Positions 47,221-57,807 of a stretch of 64,000 bases of DNA are shown one piece after another (position 1 is the stretch's first letter; every line of letters begins with the position of its first letter). The notes beneath the pieces were generated by a model. It saw only the letters and a program-made list of their open reading frames with translations. It was not told the origin of the DNA and ran no database searches. The DNA comes from Candidatus Fermentibacterota bacterium. GTDB lineage: Bacteria; Fermentibacterota; Fermentibacteria; Fermentibacterales; JCC-6. The DNA lies in contig JAUVIR010000005.1 of NCBI GenBank assembly GCA_030592645.1, positions 1,110 to 65,109 on the forward strand. Direction: 5' to 3'. Made by a program: the position numbers and the translations under genes.

Positions 47221-48903
47221 TTATCTGCTGATAACCAGCTTCCCTGCAGCTGTACCTCCCACGGTCGACAATCTGTAGAAGTACAAGCCGTTGCCCATGT
47301 CGATATCCGAATCGATATCGTGCTCACCAGGGACTAATACACCCTCGAATACATTCATGACCCTGTGTCCGCTGATATCGAAGATGTCCAGGGAGACGGA
47401 CCCCTGATCCGGAATAACAAAGCTGAATGAAACAGATCCGCGGGCCGGGTTGGGATAAACCTGATTTACAACGGGGGCTGAATAATCAGAGAGTGATCCC
47501 CCCTCTATGCCGGTATGATCTATCTCGGCAAAATAGACATCGGCGCCTGAACCCATCTGGTTAGCGTGTACATGTTTGCCCGATGCGGATATGTAGTTGC
47601 CGTCCGGTGTGATATCCACATGAAAAATGGATCCGGGCGTATCTATCGTATACGCCGGTTCCGAAGGGTAAAGGTCATCGATAACGCAGACTTCCGGTCC
47701 TCCGCCCGTCTGGCATCCCCAGGAGCCTATGACCAGCCATCTTCCATCCTCGGAGCATTCCATCCACTCCACCACATCCTGGTAACCTCCGCCGCCTGTG
47801 GGGGTATCGTAGGTCCAGAGCGGGGTTGAGCTGGAGATATCGAACCGTGTTATGCGATTGGTCAGGTAGTTGCTTTTGTAGCACCCGAAGTAAATGGTGG
47901 CATTGTCATCCGCAACCGCGGCTCCGCCTGCGTAATAACCGCTTACCGACCTTGCCCATTCGAGATTGTATGCCGATCCGTCCCACACGGCAACACGTAT
48001 GGAAGTGAATCCATAAGCTACAACGGAACCATCAGCGGATACGCCGAAACAGTCAGTTGAAGCACCCAGATTGTAGGAATCCTCAAGAACCCCGGTGGCT
48101 GTATCCACTCTGTACAGCACGGACGTGCGGAAGATGCACTTCGAACCGTCTTCCGTAAGCCTTATCTGTCTGGGCATATTCGTGACCGATGGGTCTTCGT
48201 ATACCGATATCGGCACACTGCTGCCGCTGCTGAAGAAAACAACCGCCATAAAACCATCTATGCGGCAGCCGACTGCCAGAACAGTTCCATCATCGGAACA
48301 CATAAACCTGCCGGGGTTATCCACCGAACCGGCATCGATGCTGTCCGTACCGATATAGGTCCAGAGCGGTGTGGCCGATGAATGGTCGTAGCAGCGTATT
48401 TCGCAGTTGTTGTCCGAAACAAGCCAGTCATCACCAGGGACTCCCGGAGTTCCGTTATCGTTGTAGATAGAGTATCTGATAATCGAATAGAAGATGTCAC
48501 TACTTTCGGCTGCTGCCGTCCCGGTTCCCCAGTTCGTCCAGTATTCGTTGGTTCCGGTAGCCGGTTCCGCGATTTCCCAGATCGGAACCCCGTTTCCTGC
48601 TATCCCTTCGAACATCTTCCCCCCGCCGTACCATCCTCCGTTGAATACGTAACCGGCATTGTAACCGATCGGGACGATCTTCTGCGTGAGACCTGATACA
48701 ACACTGTAATGCCAGATCACACCTGAAGAATCGTAGTCCGGGGGAATTGCAATCGAAGCACTCAATTCATAGGAATCGGTACCCCAGTACTCAATGTCAA
48801 TTGTGCCATCGGGAAGTATCTCTCTGAAAGTTGACCCGGTGTAACCGCTTACCGCGGCGACGCACACAAACACCATAACAGCTGGTAAAGCAGGATTCTT
48901 CAT
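47221..48903 (-). CDS. Secreted beta-propeller protein with T9SS/FlgD-like CTD
   Basis: Signal peptide, repeated SxDG..lavG blades, YPNP...IFDISG...GLYFY. Confidence 0.75.
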   Translation of the reverse strand: MKNPALPAVMVFVCVAAVSGYTGSTFREILPDGTIDIEYWGTDSYELSASIAIPPDYDSSGVIWHYSVVSGLTQKIVPIGYNAGYVFNGGWYGGGKMFEGIAGNGVPIWEIAEPATGTNEYWTNWGTGTAAAESSDIFYSIIRYSIYNDNGTPGVPGDDWLVSDNNCEIRCYDHSSATPLWTYIGTDSIDAGSVDNPGRFMCSDDGTVLAVGCRIDGFMAVVFFSSGSSVPISVYEDPSVTNMPRQIRLTEDGSKCIFRTSVLYRVDTATGVLEDSYNLGASTDCFGVSADGSVVAYGFTSIRVAVWDGSAYNLEWARSVSGYYAGGAAVADDNATIYFGCYKSNYLTNRITRFDISSSTPLWTYDTPTGGGGYQDVVEWMECSEDGRWLVIGSWGCQTGGGPEVCVIDDLYPSEPAYTIDTPGSIFHVDITPDGNYISASGKHVHANQMGSGADVYFAEIDHTGIEGGSLSDYSAPVVNQVYPNPARGSVSFSFVIPDQGSVSLDIFDISGHRVMNVFEGVLVPGEHDIDSDIDMGNGLYFYRLSTVGGTAAGKLVISR

Positions 48904-48995
48904 ATTTCTCTCCATTCATTGTTTTTCATCTATGAATATTCAATAACAACCAATGGTATGCAAGCCGGAGGTAAAATACTGACGAAATATGCAGG

Positions 48996-50165
48996 TTAGA
49001 GCTTCACTACCTTGTAACTCTTGAGGATGCCGCCGGGCAACTCCAGCAGGAGAATGTATGTTCCGCAGGGAAGGTCAACTGTTTGAATTGTTACTCTATC
49101 CCTTATGGAACTCTCCCTGACCATGCGCCCTGACAGGTCAAGAAGGTACACATCACAGGTTACTGCGACATCAGAGGTGATATTCAGAATAAGATTATTC
49201 CCGAACGGGTTACCCTGAACCCGGAGAAGCGGCTCAGTGTTCAAGCCGGCAGAGTCATCTTCAATACCGGTGCCCGTATCGTAGGTCGGGTAGAATGGCG
49301 GACTTACATCGAAGAGCCTCTGATCGAAATCGAATTCCATGAAATAACCCCATGTATTCGGACCTGATATCCATACCGTTACCCAGAATTCAGGAAGCTG
49401 TATGCCGCCGAATATTGTAAAATCAACAGCTGGATGAGGCTCCCACGCATTTTCAGCACAAAATACTCCATCGATGATAAGCAGGGACGCGGAACAGAGC
49501 ATATCTATTTCCGTCTCGATAGCTCAGATTCCTTCCCAGGGTTCGTATAGAGGCGTATCCGCTATAAACATATCACCATAAACGGAGATCAGCCCCAGCA
49601 TCCCCCCCGAGAGAGGTTCGTACCGGATATCCCCCATAATGTAAACGTTACCGTTGCAGCCCAGTGTCACCGGGACGGTAATGCCCGAACCGCTGTCCGG
49701 GGGTATGGACCTTATGTAGATATCATCGCTGGACGCGTTATCGATCCATACAACAGGTTCCGAAAGATCGCTTAGGTAATATGAAAGAACCGGTCCGGCA
49801 GGTGTTTCCCTCAGGTGAATGCTGTCCGATTCAAGGATTACACGTGTACCTGATGGCATAGAGTCAAAACAGAGGCCACTCTCAACAGCAGCGTAATATG
49901 TGCTCTGCCAGTTCACATTGTCTGCTCCAAAGGGAATCGAGTCTGCTCCGAGATTGAACCAGGGATCGTTATCACGACCAGTTGTCCCGCTGCGTATATG
50001 CAACACGCTATTACTTCTTACAGGTCAGTTCATCACACTGCCATCATAATACCATGAATAATCATCAATCAGTAACAGATAATCCGAATACGATCCTGAA
50101 TCGGCGATTACCGGCAAAACCATCATCAGAAACAGCATAAGTAACAAGAACGATGTTCGTGACAT
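48996..50165 (-). pseudogene. Secreted CTD-bearing protein interrupted by two in-frame TGA codons
   Basis: One reading frame of 390 codons: signal peptide from ATG 50165, TGA at 50025-50027 (VMN*PVRSN), TGA at 49524-49526 (WEGI*AIETE), CTD GNPF...LLDLSGRMV...GTYIL. Confidence 0.7.
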
Positions 50166-50384
50166 TTTCCCCCCATTGTCAACGGCAATCGGTACCGTTA
50201 CCCTCTCATTTCATCAATAATGACGTGATTATTACAATTCGGCAAGTGTTATCCGAACTCACTATTTCGGTGGTCCCGAAGAAGCCGGGCAGCAACTTCC
50301 GGGATAAGTCAGGTATTGACAGATATTCTAATCACAAATATTATACACCATACCTATGGTGGTAGTTATTCTTCGGAGGAAATA

Positions 50385-51203
50385 ATGCAAAACAATCATA
50401 TCGATATTCTGATAAAAATGGGATTTTCACTGAATGAAGCCAAAGTTTATCTGGCTCTGCTGAAAAAAAAGATATCCCAGGTTGGAGAGATTGCTACCCT
50501 ATCCGGTGTTCCGCAGAAGATGATCTACTATGTGCTTCAGAAACTGATGAGCAAGGGCATGTGCTCACTGGTTCCGGGTAAAGTAAAAAAATACAAGCCG
50601 ACTGAACCTGGAACAGGGATTGGAAGTTTTATCACCAGAGCTCAGAGACAGATAGATTCATCGAAAATGATGCTGGATGAACTGGGAAAGCAATATGAGA
50701 TAGGCCAGAATGAGACAAGCTCCTTAGAATGTGTTGAGGTTATTCAGAGTGCGGCGATGGTAGCACAGAGAGTTCTTTCCCTTGAACATTTGTCCACTGG
50801 AGAAGTGCTCTCTTTCAACAGGCCTCCTTATGCGATGTCAGAAAGGAACAGGGAAGAACTCCAGGGGTTGAAAAGAGGAACCAGGTACAGATCGATCTAT
50901 CAGGTATCGGAAGTCAGAAACCTGATTCCCAGGTCAGTGATGGAAATGTATCGGGATGCTGGAGAAGAGGTGAGAATCGCGGAATCACTGCCTATGAAAA
51001 TGATGATTTTTGACAGCAGGATTCTGATGTTCGTTCTGGAGGAGTGCCTGATGTCACCGGAGAATTTCACCGCTGTGATCATTCAGCGTTCCAGCATTAT
51101 CAACGCATTAATGGAATTGTTTGAAATGTACTGGCTCCAATCAATGACGGTAGAAGAATTCAGGGAAAAATACAAAGAATCTATTACCGCTGAAAATACA
51201 TAA
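50385..51203 (+). CDS. TrmB-family transcriptional regulator
   Basis: MGFSLNEAKVYLALL, IATLSGVPQ..YYVLQKL..KG, EEVRIAESLPMKMMIFD; GGAGG RBS. Confidence 0.88.
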   Translation: MQNNHIDILIKMGFSLNEAKVYLALLKKKISQVGEIATLSGVPQKMIYYVLQKLMSKGMCSLVPGKVKKYKPTEPGTGIGSFITRAQRQIDSSKMMLDELGKQYEIGQNETSSLECVEVIQSAAMVAQRVLSLEHLSTGEVLSFNRPPYAMSERNREELQGLKRGTRYRSIYQVSEVRNLIPRSVMEMYRDAGEEVRIAESLPMKMMIFDSRILMFVLEECLMSPENFTAVIIQRSSIINALMELFEMYWLQSMTVEEFREKYKESITAENT

Positions 51204-51276
51204 CGCTGAAATGGAGTGAGAGTCATCCAGTTTCATCTATTGAATGATTATCAATGACTTAACAGGGAGGAAGAAA

Positions 51277-52929
51277 ATGAGAAGTGCGAAAATATTTCAC
51301 GGTGCGATGATAATAGCAGTATTGATGATTCTTTCAGGTATTGCCTGGAGTATCGATATCTCAAATGGTTATTACTACTCAACCGAATCGAGAGGTCATA
51401 ATCCACAGGTGATAACATCTTACAATTTCGGTCCTCAGATCTATTACTATTCCGGAACTTACGACAGAACATATTTCCTGTGGATGCAGCGGGGTGGAAC
51501 GGGATACTCTATCGAAAATATGGTTCTGTACTACGATCATACTACCGAAGAACTTTCCAATTCATACGGCGTTGATCCAGGCATACCAGGAGCAACTGAC
51601 TGCCATGCCCACGGAGCCCTGGTGGTTGCCGATGACGGTCACATAATTGTGGTTCATGAAAGGCTGTGGAATACCAGCGGCAGCGGTCATAACGGGAGAT
51701 ATCAGATCAAGCGTTCGGTAAACCCTGAAGATCCTTCAGCCGGGTTCACACTGGTTCACGAAACCGGAATGGGAAACTGCTATCCCAAGATCTGGAAAAC
51801 AGCGAATGGTGATCTTTTTGTGTCATCAAGGTATGGAAGTGATTCTTACTACGATCATTACCGTATAATGCTCTACAAATCCACAGACAACGGTCTGACA
51901 TGGGATACCGGAAACATCGTTGTGAATTTTGGAACCGCAAAGAACTACTGGGCGTATCATTCAAGAATAATACAGAGCGACAGTGATGGAATCCATCTTG
52001 CGGTAAATCGCTGTGATCGCGATCCCGGCTACGGCTACCCGGACTGTTATTACCTGAACAGTGAAGACGGAGAGATCTGGCAGAACATAGATGCTTCTTT
52101 CACAAAGAATATCATCACAGACGGGCCTCTCACCTGCGACGAGATGGACAGCTACTGCCTGGTACAGCACCTTCCGGGAAATAACGAAGTTACCTCTCTG
52201 GCCTCGGGATGCTTTTCACCGGCAGGCAATCTCTACTTCATCAATTGTGAAACATTCCGTGACAATCCAGATCCTGCCGACTGGTATCTGCGCTACTGGG
52301 AAGATGATGAATGGAAGAAAATAGTTATTCCTCATAACGACGAATTCATATGGATATACGGAATACATTGTATTACGGATGAAGAATTCGACATTTACCT
52401 GGAATACTGCGGAACACCCATGCATGAAATACAGATATGGAAAACAACTGACAGAGGCTTGACCTGGAATGCTGTCGAGGAAATAACCAGCGGAAGTACT
52501 TTCGATCACAGATACCCCGTACTTACATCCAATCTTGACGATTCACCATATCTTTCATTGACATCAAGCTATCTTAACGCGGGAACCTGTGCCGATTTCT
52601 TTATACTGTCACGGGAGAAACCAACCACATCTATAGAAGAAGGGTCAGCATCAGGTTTTCCTGCCGATGTGATACTCTATCAGAACAGCCCCAATCCTGT
52701 AAGTCTTCATACGGCTATTTCTTATACACTGGCGGAAACAGGAGCCGTCTCGCTGAGCGTCTACAACATCGACGGCAGGCTTGTGGAAACCCTCGTTAAC
52801 GGAGAAATGCAGGATGCAGGGAATCACTCATGCCTGTGGGATACCGGTGAAATATGCTCGGGTATCTACTTCTATCGCATTACAACCGGGAATGTTACCG
52901 AAACAAGGATGTGTACCGTATTGAGATAA
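51277..52929 (+). CDS. Secreted BNR-4/BNR-repeat beta-propeller protein with CTD
   Basis: DCHAHGALVVADDGHI, YPK, STDNGLTW, SEDGEIW, TTDRGLTW; CTD QNSPNP...SGIYFY. Confidence 0.78.
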   Translation: MRSAKIFHGAMIIAVLMILSGIAWSIDISNGYYYSTESRGHNPQVITSYNFGPQIYYYSGTYDRTYFLWMQRGGTGYSIENMVLYYDHTTEELSNSYGVDPGIPGATDCHAHGALVVADDGHIIVVHERLWNTSGSGHNGRYQIKRSVNPEDPSAGFTLVHETGMGNCYPKIWKTANGDLFVSSRYGSDSYYDHYRIMLYKSTDNGLTWDTGNIVVNFGTAKNYWAYHSRIIQSDSDGIHLAVNRCDRDPGYGYPDCYYLNSEDGEIWQNIDASFTKNIITDGPLTCDEMDSYCLVQHLPGNNEVTSLASGCFSPAGNLYFINCETFRDNPDPADWYLRYWEDDEWKKIVIPHNDEFIWIYGIHCITDEEFDIYLEYCGTPMHEIQIWKTTDRGLTWNAVEEITSGSTFDHRYPVLTSNLDDSPYLSLTSSYLNAGTCADFFILSREKPTTSIEEGSASGFPADVILYQNSPNPVSLHTAISYTLAETGAVSLSVYNIDGRLVETLVNGEMQDAGNHSCLWDTGEICSGIYFYRITTGNVTETRMCTVLR

Positions 52930-53290
52930 CAATAGAATCTGCCCCTCTGCTTTTCATGTTGTAATGAGGATTTCCTCCACATATACAGAATTCTCATCAG
53001 CTGTGATTGATAAGTTTCCATTGATGTCTGTTCCTGTATCTGTCTTGAAACAATGCTGTAATCCGTTGGTTTCCGGCTTCAGGAGAGAAGTGTGCCCTGA
53101 TGTGTGGTTCGGGGAGCTTATCTACTACTTATCAATTGACGCGGGGTGTATTCGGAAAGTATGGTCAGTTTCAGGCAGTAATCGGAGGTTTATTGGGACG
53201 AACGGGTTTATTTAGGAGCAAGAAATGGAATTCTGGAAATTCCATTTTCCTACTGCTTATTTATAGGCCATCCCTAGCAAGGAAACATTA

Positions 53291-54205
53291 ATGAATACAT
53301 CGAAACAATGAATTGGATTCGTCGGTATTATTGAAATTGTATGTGTTATCCTGTTTTCGGGACGATCTATCGCTTTCGGCTTCATTGATGCTCTGAATCA
53401 GGGAACACCATTACCCTGCGCGGTGCCAAAATGTCTGGCTTTCGGAGGTGCGATGACAGTGGGAGTTGATGACGCGTATTCTTTGTTTCTCAATCCTGCG
53501 GGAATCCCAGGTTTCGACGCTGAAGCGATTTCCCTCGGCATTAGCCTCGGTCACTGGACCAAACCATTCCTGTCGAGAGTATTTCTGTTTCCAGATGAGA
53601 GGATATACCATTCTCATTATATGGAGCCGGAAGCTTTGGGATTACCGATAATCTGTCGGCAGCCGCAGGCTGGTGCATGGTCTCCTGCTTTGACTATACA
53701 GGTATAAATCACATCTACAGCATACCTCACTTCCCCGATTCGATCACTATGTCACAGTACCTCGAATCAAGTGGATACCTTCATGAGGCCCTTGCTGGCC
53801 TTTCATACTCCCTCTCCGATAACCTGAACATAGGAGTATCAGGAGGAATGAGGTTCGGATCAGCGGCTATTAACAAGATCGAATATGAATACACATCTGA
53901 TTCCACTGTAATCACCGAGTATGACCTGTCCTGGAGCGAGAATCAGTTCTGCTGGCATGGCGGTATCAGGGCTGGATTCAGTTTTGGTAAGGCTGGACTT
54001 GTAATTGCATCCCCCACTGATCACTATCCCTTAAGAACGGCGATCGGAGTTATGATACTTGCTGAACACCTGAGGAATTTGGAGACAGTTCGGATATTAC
54101 TACAGGAACAGATCAAGAAGAGGCCTTCCCGATGCTGATCAGTACTATGAATGCTTCGATGAATCGACATCAATATACAGTGCAGTTGTATTCTACAGGC
54201 TTTAA
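53291..54205 (+). pseudogene. Degraded FadL/PorV-like outer-membrane beta-barrel gene
   Basis: ATG 53291, in-frame TGA at codon 7, signal peptide, LAFGGA..GVDDAYSLFLNPAG, at least two frameshifts, last fragment ends AVVFYRL*. Confidence 0.6.
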
Positions 54206-54362
54206 CCCGTTCAAGTCGTTACCGTTTGTATATCTCTTTAAGATGATATTATTAAAACTTATGGCGTTGAGAACATGCAACGTTGGGACACTAGTAATTA
54301 TCTTTGAAATATTCAGGTTATTGTAATATCTGTTTTCATTCCTGGGGAGGTGTTCTGTCAGT

Positions 54363-55544
54363 TCACCTTATCAGGTCCGGCTTTCGTGGTATATGCCGAA
54401 CAACGAAGAAGGTTACGATGGCTACAAGCCCTGCGAATGTGAAGACGGCCCATGGCGCAATGGTTACCCAGAGGATTCCGCCTATCAGCGGGACTATCAT
54501 CGAGACGGCATGATCGAGCGTTCCCCCCAGCCCCATCGTCGGGATCATATCATTCTTGTCATGTACGATACTCGACAGGTAAGTGGTTCTTGCCATCGCC
54601 AGGCTGAACAGCAGTTCATCCATGATAAAGAATGAATACAGAAGAAGCAGCGCTACTCCAGGCTGAAACACATTCGGAACCACAGCATAACCCGTGCACA
54701 GCAATGCTATCAGAACGGCATCGACCATCAGTATCGTTCTCTCGCCGAATCTGTCTATCATATTGCCGAACCAGGGTTTGATGAAAAGTCCCAGGATCGC
54801 GCTGATTCCCATGACAACAGCAAGATCGGGCGCGGTCTGAGCGAACAGGCTTACCAGCATCCACGGAGCAAAAGTCAGGAAAATCTGTTTTCTCGCCCCG
54901 AAAAGCATACAGAGCAGATAGTAGAGCCTGTATTCCTTCCGATAGAGGAACCGCTTCACTTTTTTTACAGATCTGTTTTTCTCTTTCCTCTCCGGTAGAG
55001 TGAATGAGAATATCGCTCCGAGAAGCATGATAACGGCTGCAAATATCCAGATCGCCCGGAAATCCGCTTTAAAATGCTCCATCAGCAGCCATACAGCGGC
55101 TGTACCGATTATCAGGCCTCCGGACCGGAATGCACCGATCCGTCCCAGTATCCAGCCTCTTCGCTCCACTCCTGCAAGATCAATGGCCACCGCATCCCGG
55201 AGAGGCATGAATGCATGCGTCGATGTCGACCACAGAACCATGAAAATGATAAATACCGGCAGAGTTTTAACCAGAAACGCAAGGCCGATGAATGCAGCTA
55301 TTCCAATGAGGAAGACTGCTCCGAACGCGTTATGCCTCCGCATTGAGACAATGATTCCGGTAATGAATACCAGCAGAAATCCCGGAAGCTCACGAGGGAT
55401 CTCAAGTGCCCCCCGAACATCCCCTTCAATACCGATGTGGTTCTTCAGATAGTCAGGCATGACCGATGAGAAGGTTGCCCCGGCGCAAGCCATGAGAGCC
55501 ACAATAATGAGCAGTTTTATCAGTGACGGTTTCATGTCTGACAT
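54363..55544 (-). CDS. MFS transporter
   Basis: About 12 TM segments, RELPG, DRFGER; last gene of the methyltransfer operon. Confidence 0.9.
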   Translation of the reverse strand: MSDMKPSLIKLLIIVALMACAGATFSSVMPDYLKNHIGIEGDVRGALEIPRELPGFLLVFITGIIVSMRRHNAFGAVFLIGIAAFIGLAFLVKTLPVFIIFMVLWSTSTHAFMPLRDAVAIDLAGVERRGWILGRIGAFRSGGLIIGTAAVWLLMEHFKADFRAIWIFAAVIMLLGAIFSFTLPERKEKNRSVKKVKRFLYRKEYRLYYLLCMLFGARKQIFLTFAPWMLVSLFAQTAPDLAVVMGISAILGLFIKPWFGNMIDRFGERTILMVDAVLIALLCTGYAVVPNVFQPGVALLLLYSFFIMDELLFSLAMARTTYLSSIVHDKNDMIPTMGLGGTLDHAVSMIVPLIGGILWVTIAPWAVFTFAGLVAIVTFFVVRHIPRKPDLIR

Positions 55545-56434
55545 TCAGGAGATGGCGAGACCGCGTTCTTAATAGCCCTGATATGCGCAGGGCCGGTTCC
55601 GCAGCAGCCGCCGATTATCGACACGCCGGCATCAACCAGTTCCTTCGCCATTGAAGCCATGAACTCAGGTGATTCAGGATAAATAAGCTCCCCGTTTTCG
55701 ATCAATGGAAGCCCGGCGTTAGACTGGATGATAAGAGGAAGAGCTGTGTGCTTTCTGTACTCCCTGGCAATCCTTATCATGTTCTCGATACCGTTCCCGC
55801 AGTTGGAACCTGTAACATCCGCACCGGCTTCCTCGAGCGCATGAGCCGCTTTCTCTATGGTTACGCCCATTATTGTAAAAAAGCCCTTGGGGGTTGCGTC
55901 AAAAGTCATGGTCGTCATTACCGGGATTCCCGGCGCCCTCTCTTTAGCAGCCTTCAGAGCCAGAAGCATTTCATTCAGATCCATCATCGTCTCGATGCAG
56001 ATAACATCGCATCCCGATTCAGCAAAAGCCTGCATCTGAATTTCAAAACTCTCGTAAACAGCTTCAGGATCGGTATCGCCGTAAGGTTTAAGGATTTTCC
56101 CGCAGGGACCGCAGGACCCCGATACGTAAGCTCTGCCCGAAACAGCTTTCAAAACGGCGGCAACCGCATTTCTGTTGATCTGGGGCGCGGCATCCTCAAG
56201 AGAATAGGATGCAAGTTTCAGAGGTGATCCCCCGAACGTATTCGTCTGGATTATATCGGCTCCCGCATCGAGGTAGAGCCTGGCGATTTCCTCAAGCACA
56301 TCAGGCCTTGAGAGGTTCATCGCTTCAGGGCATTCGCCGCTTTTAAGCCCCCTTTCGAACAGCATGGTTCCCATTGCTCCGTCCCCAACCAGTATTTCGC
56401 CGCTGCGGAGACGTTCAAGCAGATCGATCATCAA
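55532..56434 (-). CDS. Homocysteine S-methyltransferase domain protein (stand-alone MetH Hcy module)
   Basis: DGAMGT, AGADIIQTNTFG, IETM, GSNCGNG, IIGGCCGT (Zn ligands). Confidence 0.93.
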   Translation of the reverse strand: MMIDLLERLRSGEILVGDGAMGTMLFERGLKSGECPEAMNLSRPDVLEEIARLYLDAGADIIQTNTFGGSPLKLASYSLEDAAPQINRNAVAAVLKAVSGRAYVSGSCGPCGKILKPYGDTDPEAVYESFEIQMQAFAESGCDVICIETMMDLNEMLLALKAAKERAPGIPVMTTMTFDATPKGFFTIMGVTIEKAAHALEEAGADVTGSNCGNGIENMIRIAREYRKHTALPLIIQSNAGLPLIENGELIYPESPEFMASMAKELVDAGVSIIGGCCGTGPAHIRAIKNAVSPSPECQT

Positions 56435-57072
56435 CTGTTCACAGGGAAGAACGATTCGACTGTTTCAACGGCATTTGCGCCATCGTAACTGTATGCGTCG
56501 GCTCCAATTTCAAGCGCGTACTCTTTTGAAACGGGCGCCCCGCCCACGATAATCCTGACCCTGCCGTACAATCCCTCATCCTTTGCAAGGTCAACGACCT
56601 TTTTCATGACAGGCATGGTTGTGGTGAGAAGAGCGGACATTCCTATCACATGCGCGTTCTCTTCTTTAGCCGTACTGATGAACTTCTCCGCCGGGACATC
56701 GTTTCCAAGGTCGATAACCTCAAATCCGGCTCCTTTAAGGAGAATCGCAACCAGGTTCTTCCCTATATCATGCAGGTCATTTTTAACGGAACCTATTACA
56801 ACCTTGCCCCGGATCGGGATCCCTTCTTTTATCAGAAGAGGTTTCAGGAGCTCCATCGCCCCGTTCATCGCCCTTGCGGCAAGAAGAACGTCGGGAAGAA
56901 AAATGTCATGATCCTTGAATTTTCTGCCAACGATATTCATTCCGGCTATCAGACCACTGTTCAGTATTTCTTTCGGAGGTATCTGTTTCTCGATAGCGTC
57001 TTTTGTGAGCACGGCGACTTTCTCATCCAGACCGTTCTGCAGATTTAAAGAAATCTGATCCAGTAATTCCAT
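56431..57072 (-). CDS. Corrinoid (B12-binding) protein, MttC/MetH-like
   Basis: FLPDVLLAARAM, DLHDIGKNLV (DxHxxG), MSALLTTTM, IVGGAP. Confidence 0.93.
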   Translation of the reverse strand: MELLDQISLNLQNGLDEKVAVLTKDAIEKQIPPKEILNSGLIAGMNIVGRKFKDHDIFLPDVLLAARAMNGAMELLKPLLIKEGIPIRGKVVIGSVKNDLHDIGKNLVAILLKGAGFEVIDLGNDVPAEKFISTAKEENAHVIGMSALLTTTMPVMKKVVDLAKDEGLYGRVRIIVGGAPVSKEYALEIGADAYSYDGANAVETVESFFPVNS

Positions 57073-57099
57073 ATTTATCCTCCTGTATCCCTGCGGATA

Positions 57100-57807
57100 T
57101 TACTTCAAATTCCGCATTCTCTCGGTACATGTTTTTGTCCTGCATATGTCACAGAAAGTGTACGAATTCACAAATTCATGAATTTCCCCTGCCCCTGCAA
57201 TAAGCACCCCGGACACGGACTTGATCGGGCTCATAAGGCAGCTGTCATTCAATGTTATCCCTATTTCTTCGGGGCGAAGAACTTCAAACAGTTTTTTCTG
57301 TCCGCTTATGTTCCAACCGCAGTAACCGGGACTGTAGCTTAATACCTGCCAGGAAGATGAAGCTGGTTCGCTTTCAATAAGATCCGACTTCAGGTGCGCA
57401 GCAGCAAGATCAGTAAGTTTATCAGCGGCATAGGACGAGACAGAATCGAGCATGTATCCGAAAGCGTAATCTCCGTTATCAAAAAGCTCCGTAACCTTTT
57501 CGCTGAGAACTGCTCCCAGTGTAACAGCGAACAGGGCCAGATGTCCGCTTTTTCTGTAAATCTCTTCGACAGGATTCTCTTTTTCGTTATCCCCTTCTCC
57601 GCGGAACACTTCCCTGAAATCTTTGATGGTTATCCCGGCTATGATCCCTCTCAAAACTGCAAGTTCATAAAAAAGCTCGATCGATTCTCCGTAGATCCGT
57701 TCGAAGTTATCGGTGAGTTCAGCATCACGGGGAATTCCCTGACTGCGGAGTATATCCAGGCGGTCAAGAACTATATCTTCCGGGCCAAATTCAACGATCG
57801 ATCTCAT
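57100..57807 (-). CDS. MetH reactivation (AdoMet-binding)-like stand-alone domain
   Basis: LFAVTLG, GYMLD, YSPGYCGW, GITLNDSCLMSPIKSVSG, CDIC....C. Confidence 0.85.
   Translation of the reverse strand: MRSIVEFGPEDIVLDRLDILRSQGIPRDAELTDNFERIYGESIELFYELAVLRGIIAGITIKDFREVFRGEGDNEKENPVEEIYRKSGHLALFAVTLGAVLSEKVTELFDNGDYAFGYMLDSVSSYAADKLTDLAAAHLKSDLIESEPASSSWQVLSYSPGYCGWNISGQKKLFEVLRPEEIGITLNDSCLMSPIKSVSGVLIAGAGEIHEFVNSYTFCDICRTKTCTERMRNLK

Noticed and set aside
52964-53215. Short ORFs on both strands between the BNR gene and the barrel pseudogene
   Set aside because: No recognisable homology; possibly degraded DNA, but unsupported
48996-54205. Genome-wide TGA recoding (code 4/25) suggested by three in-frame TGAs
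   Set aside because: Many intact genes end in TGA with ATGA overlaps (e.g. 902, 20919), and the 53291 gene also has frameshifts
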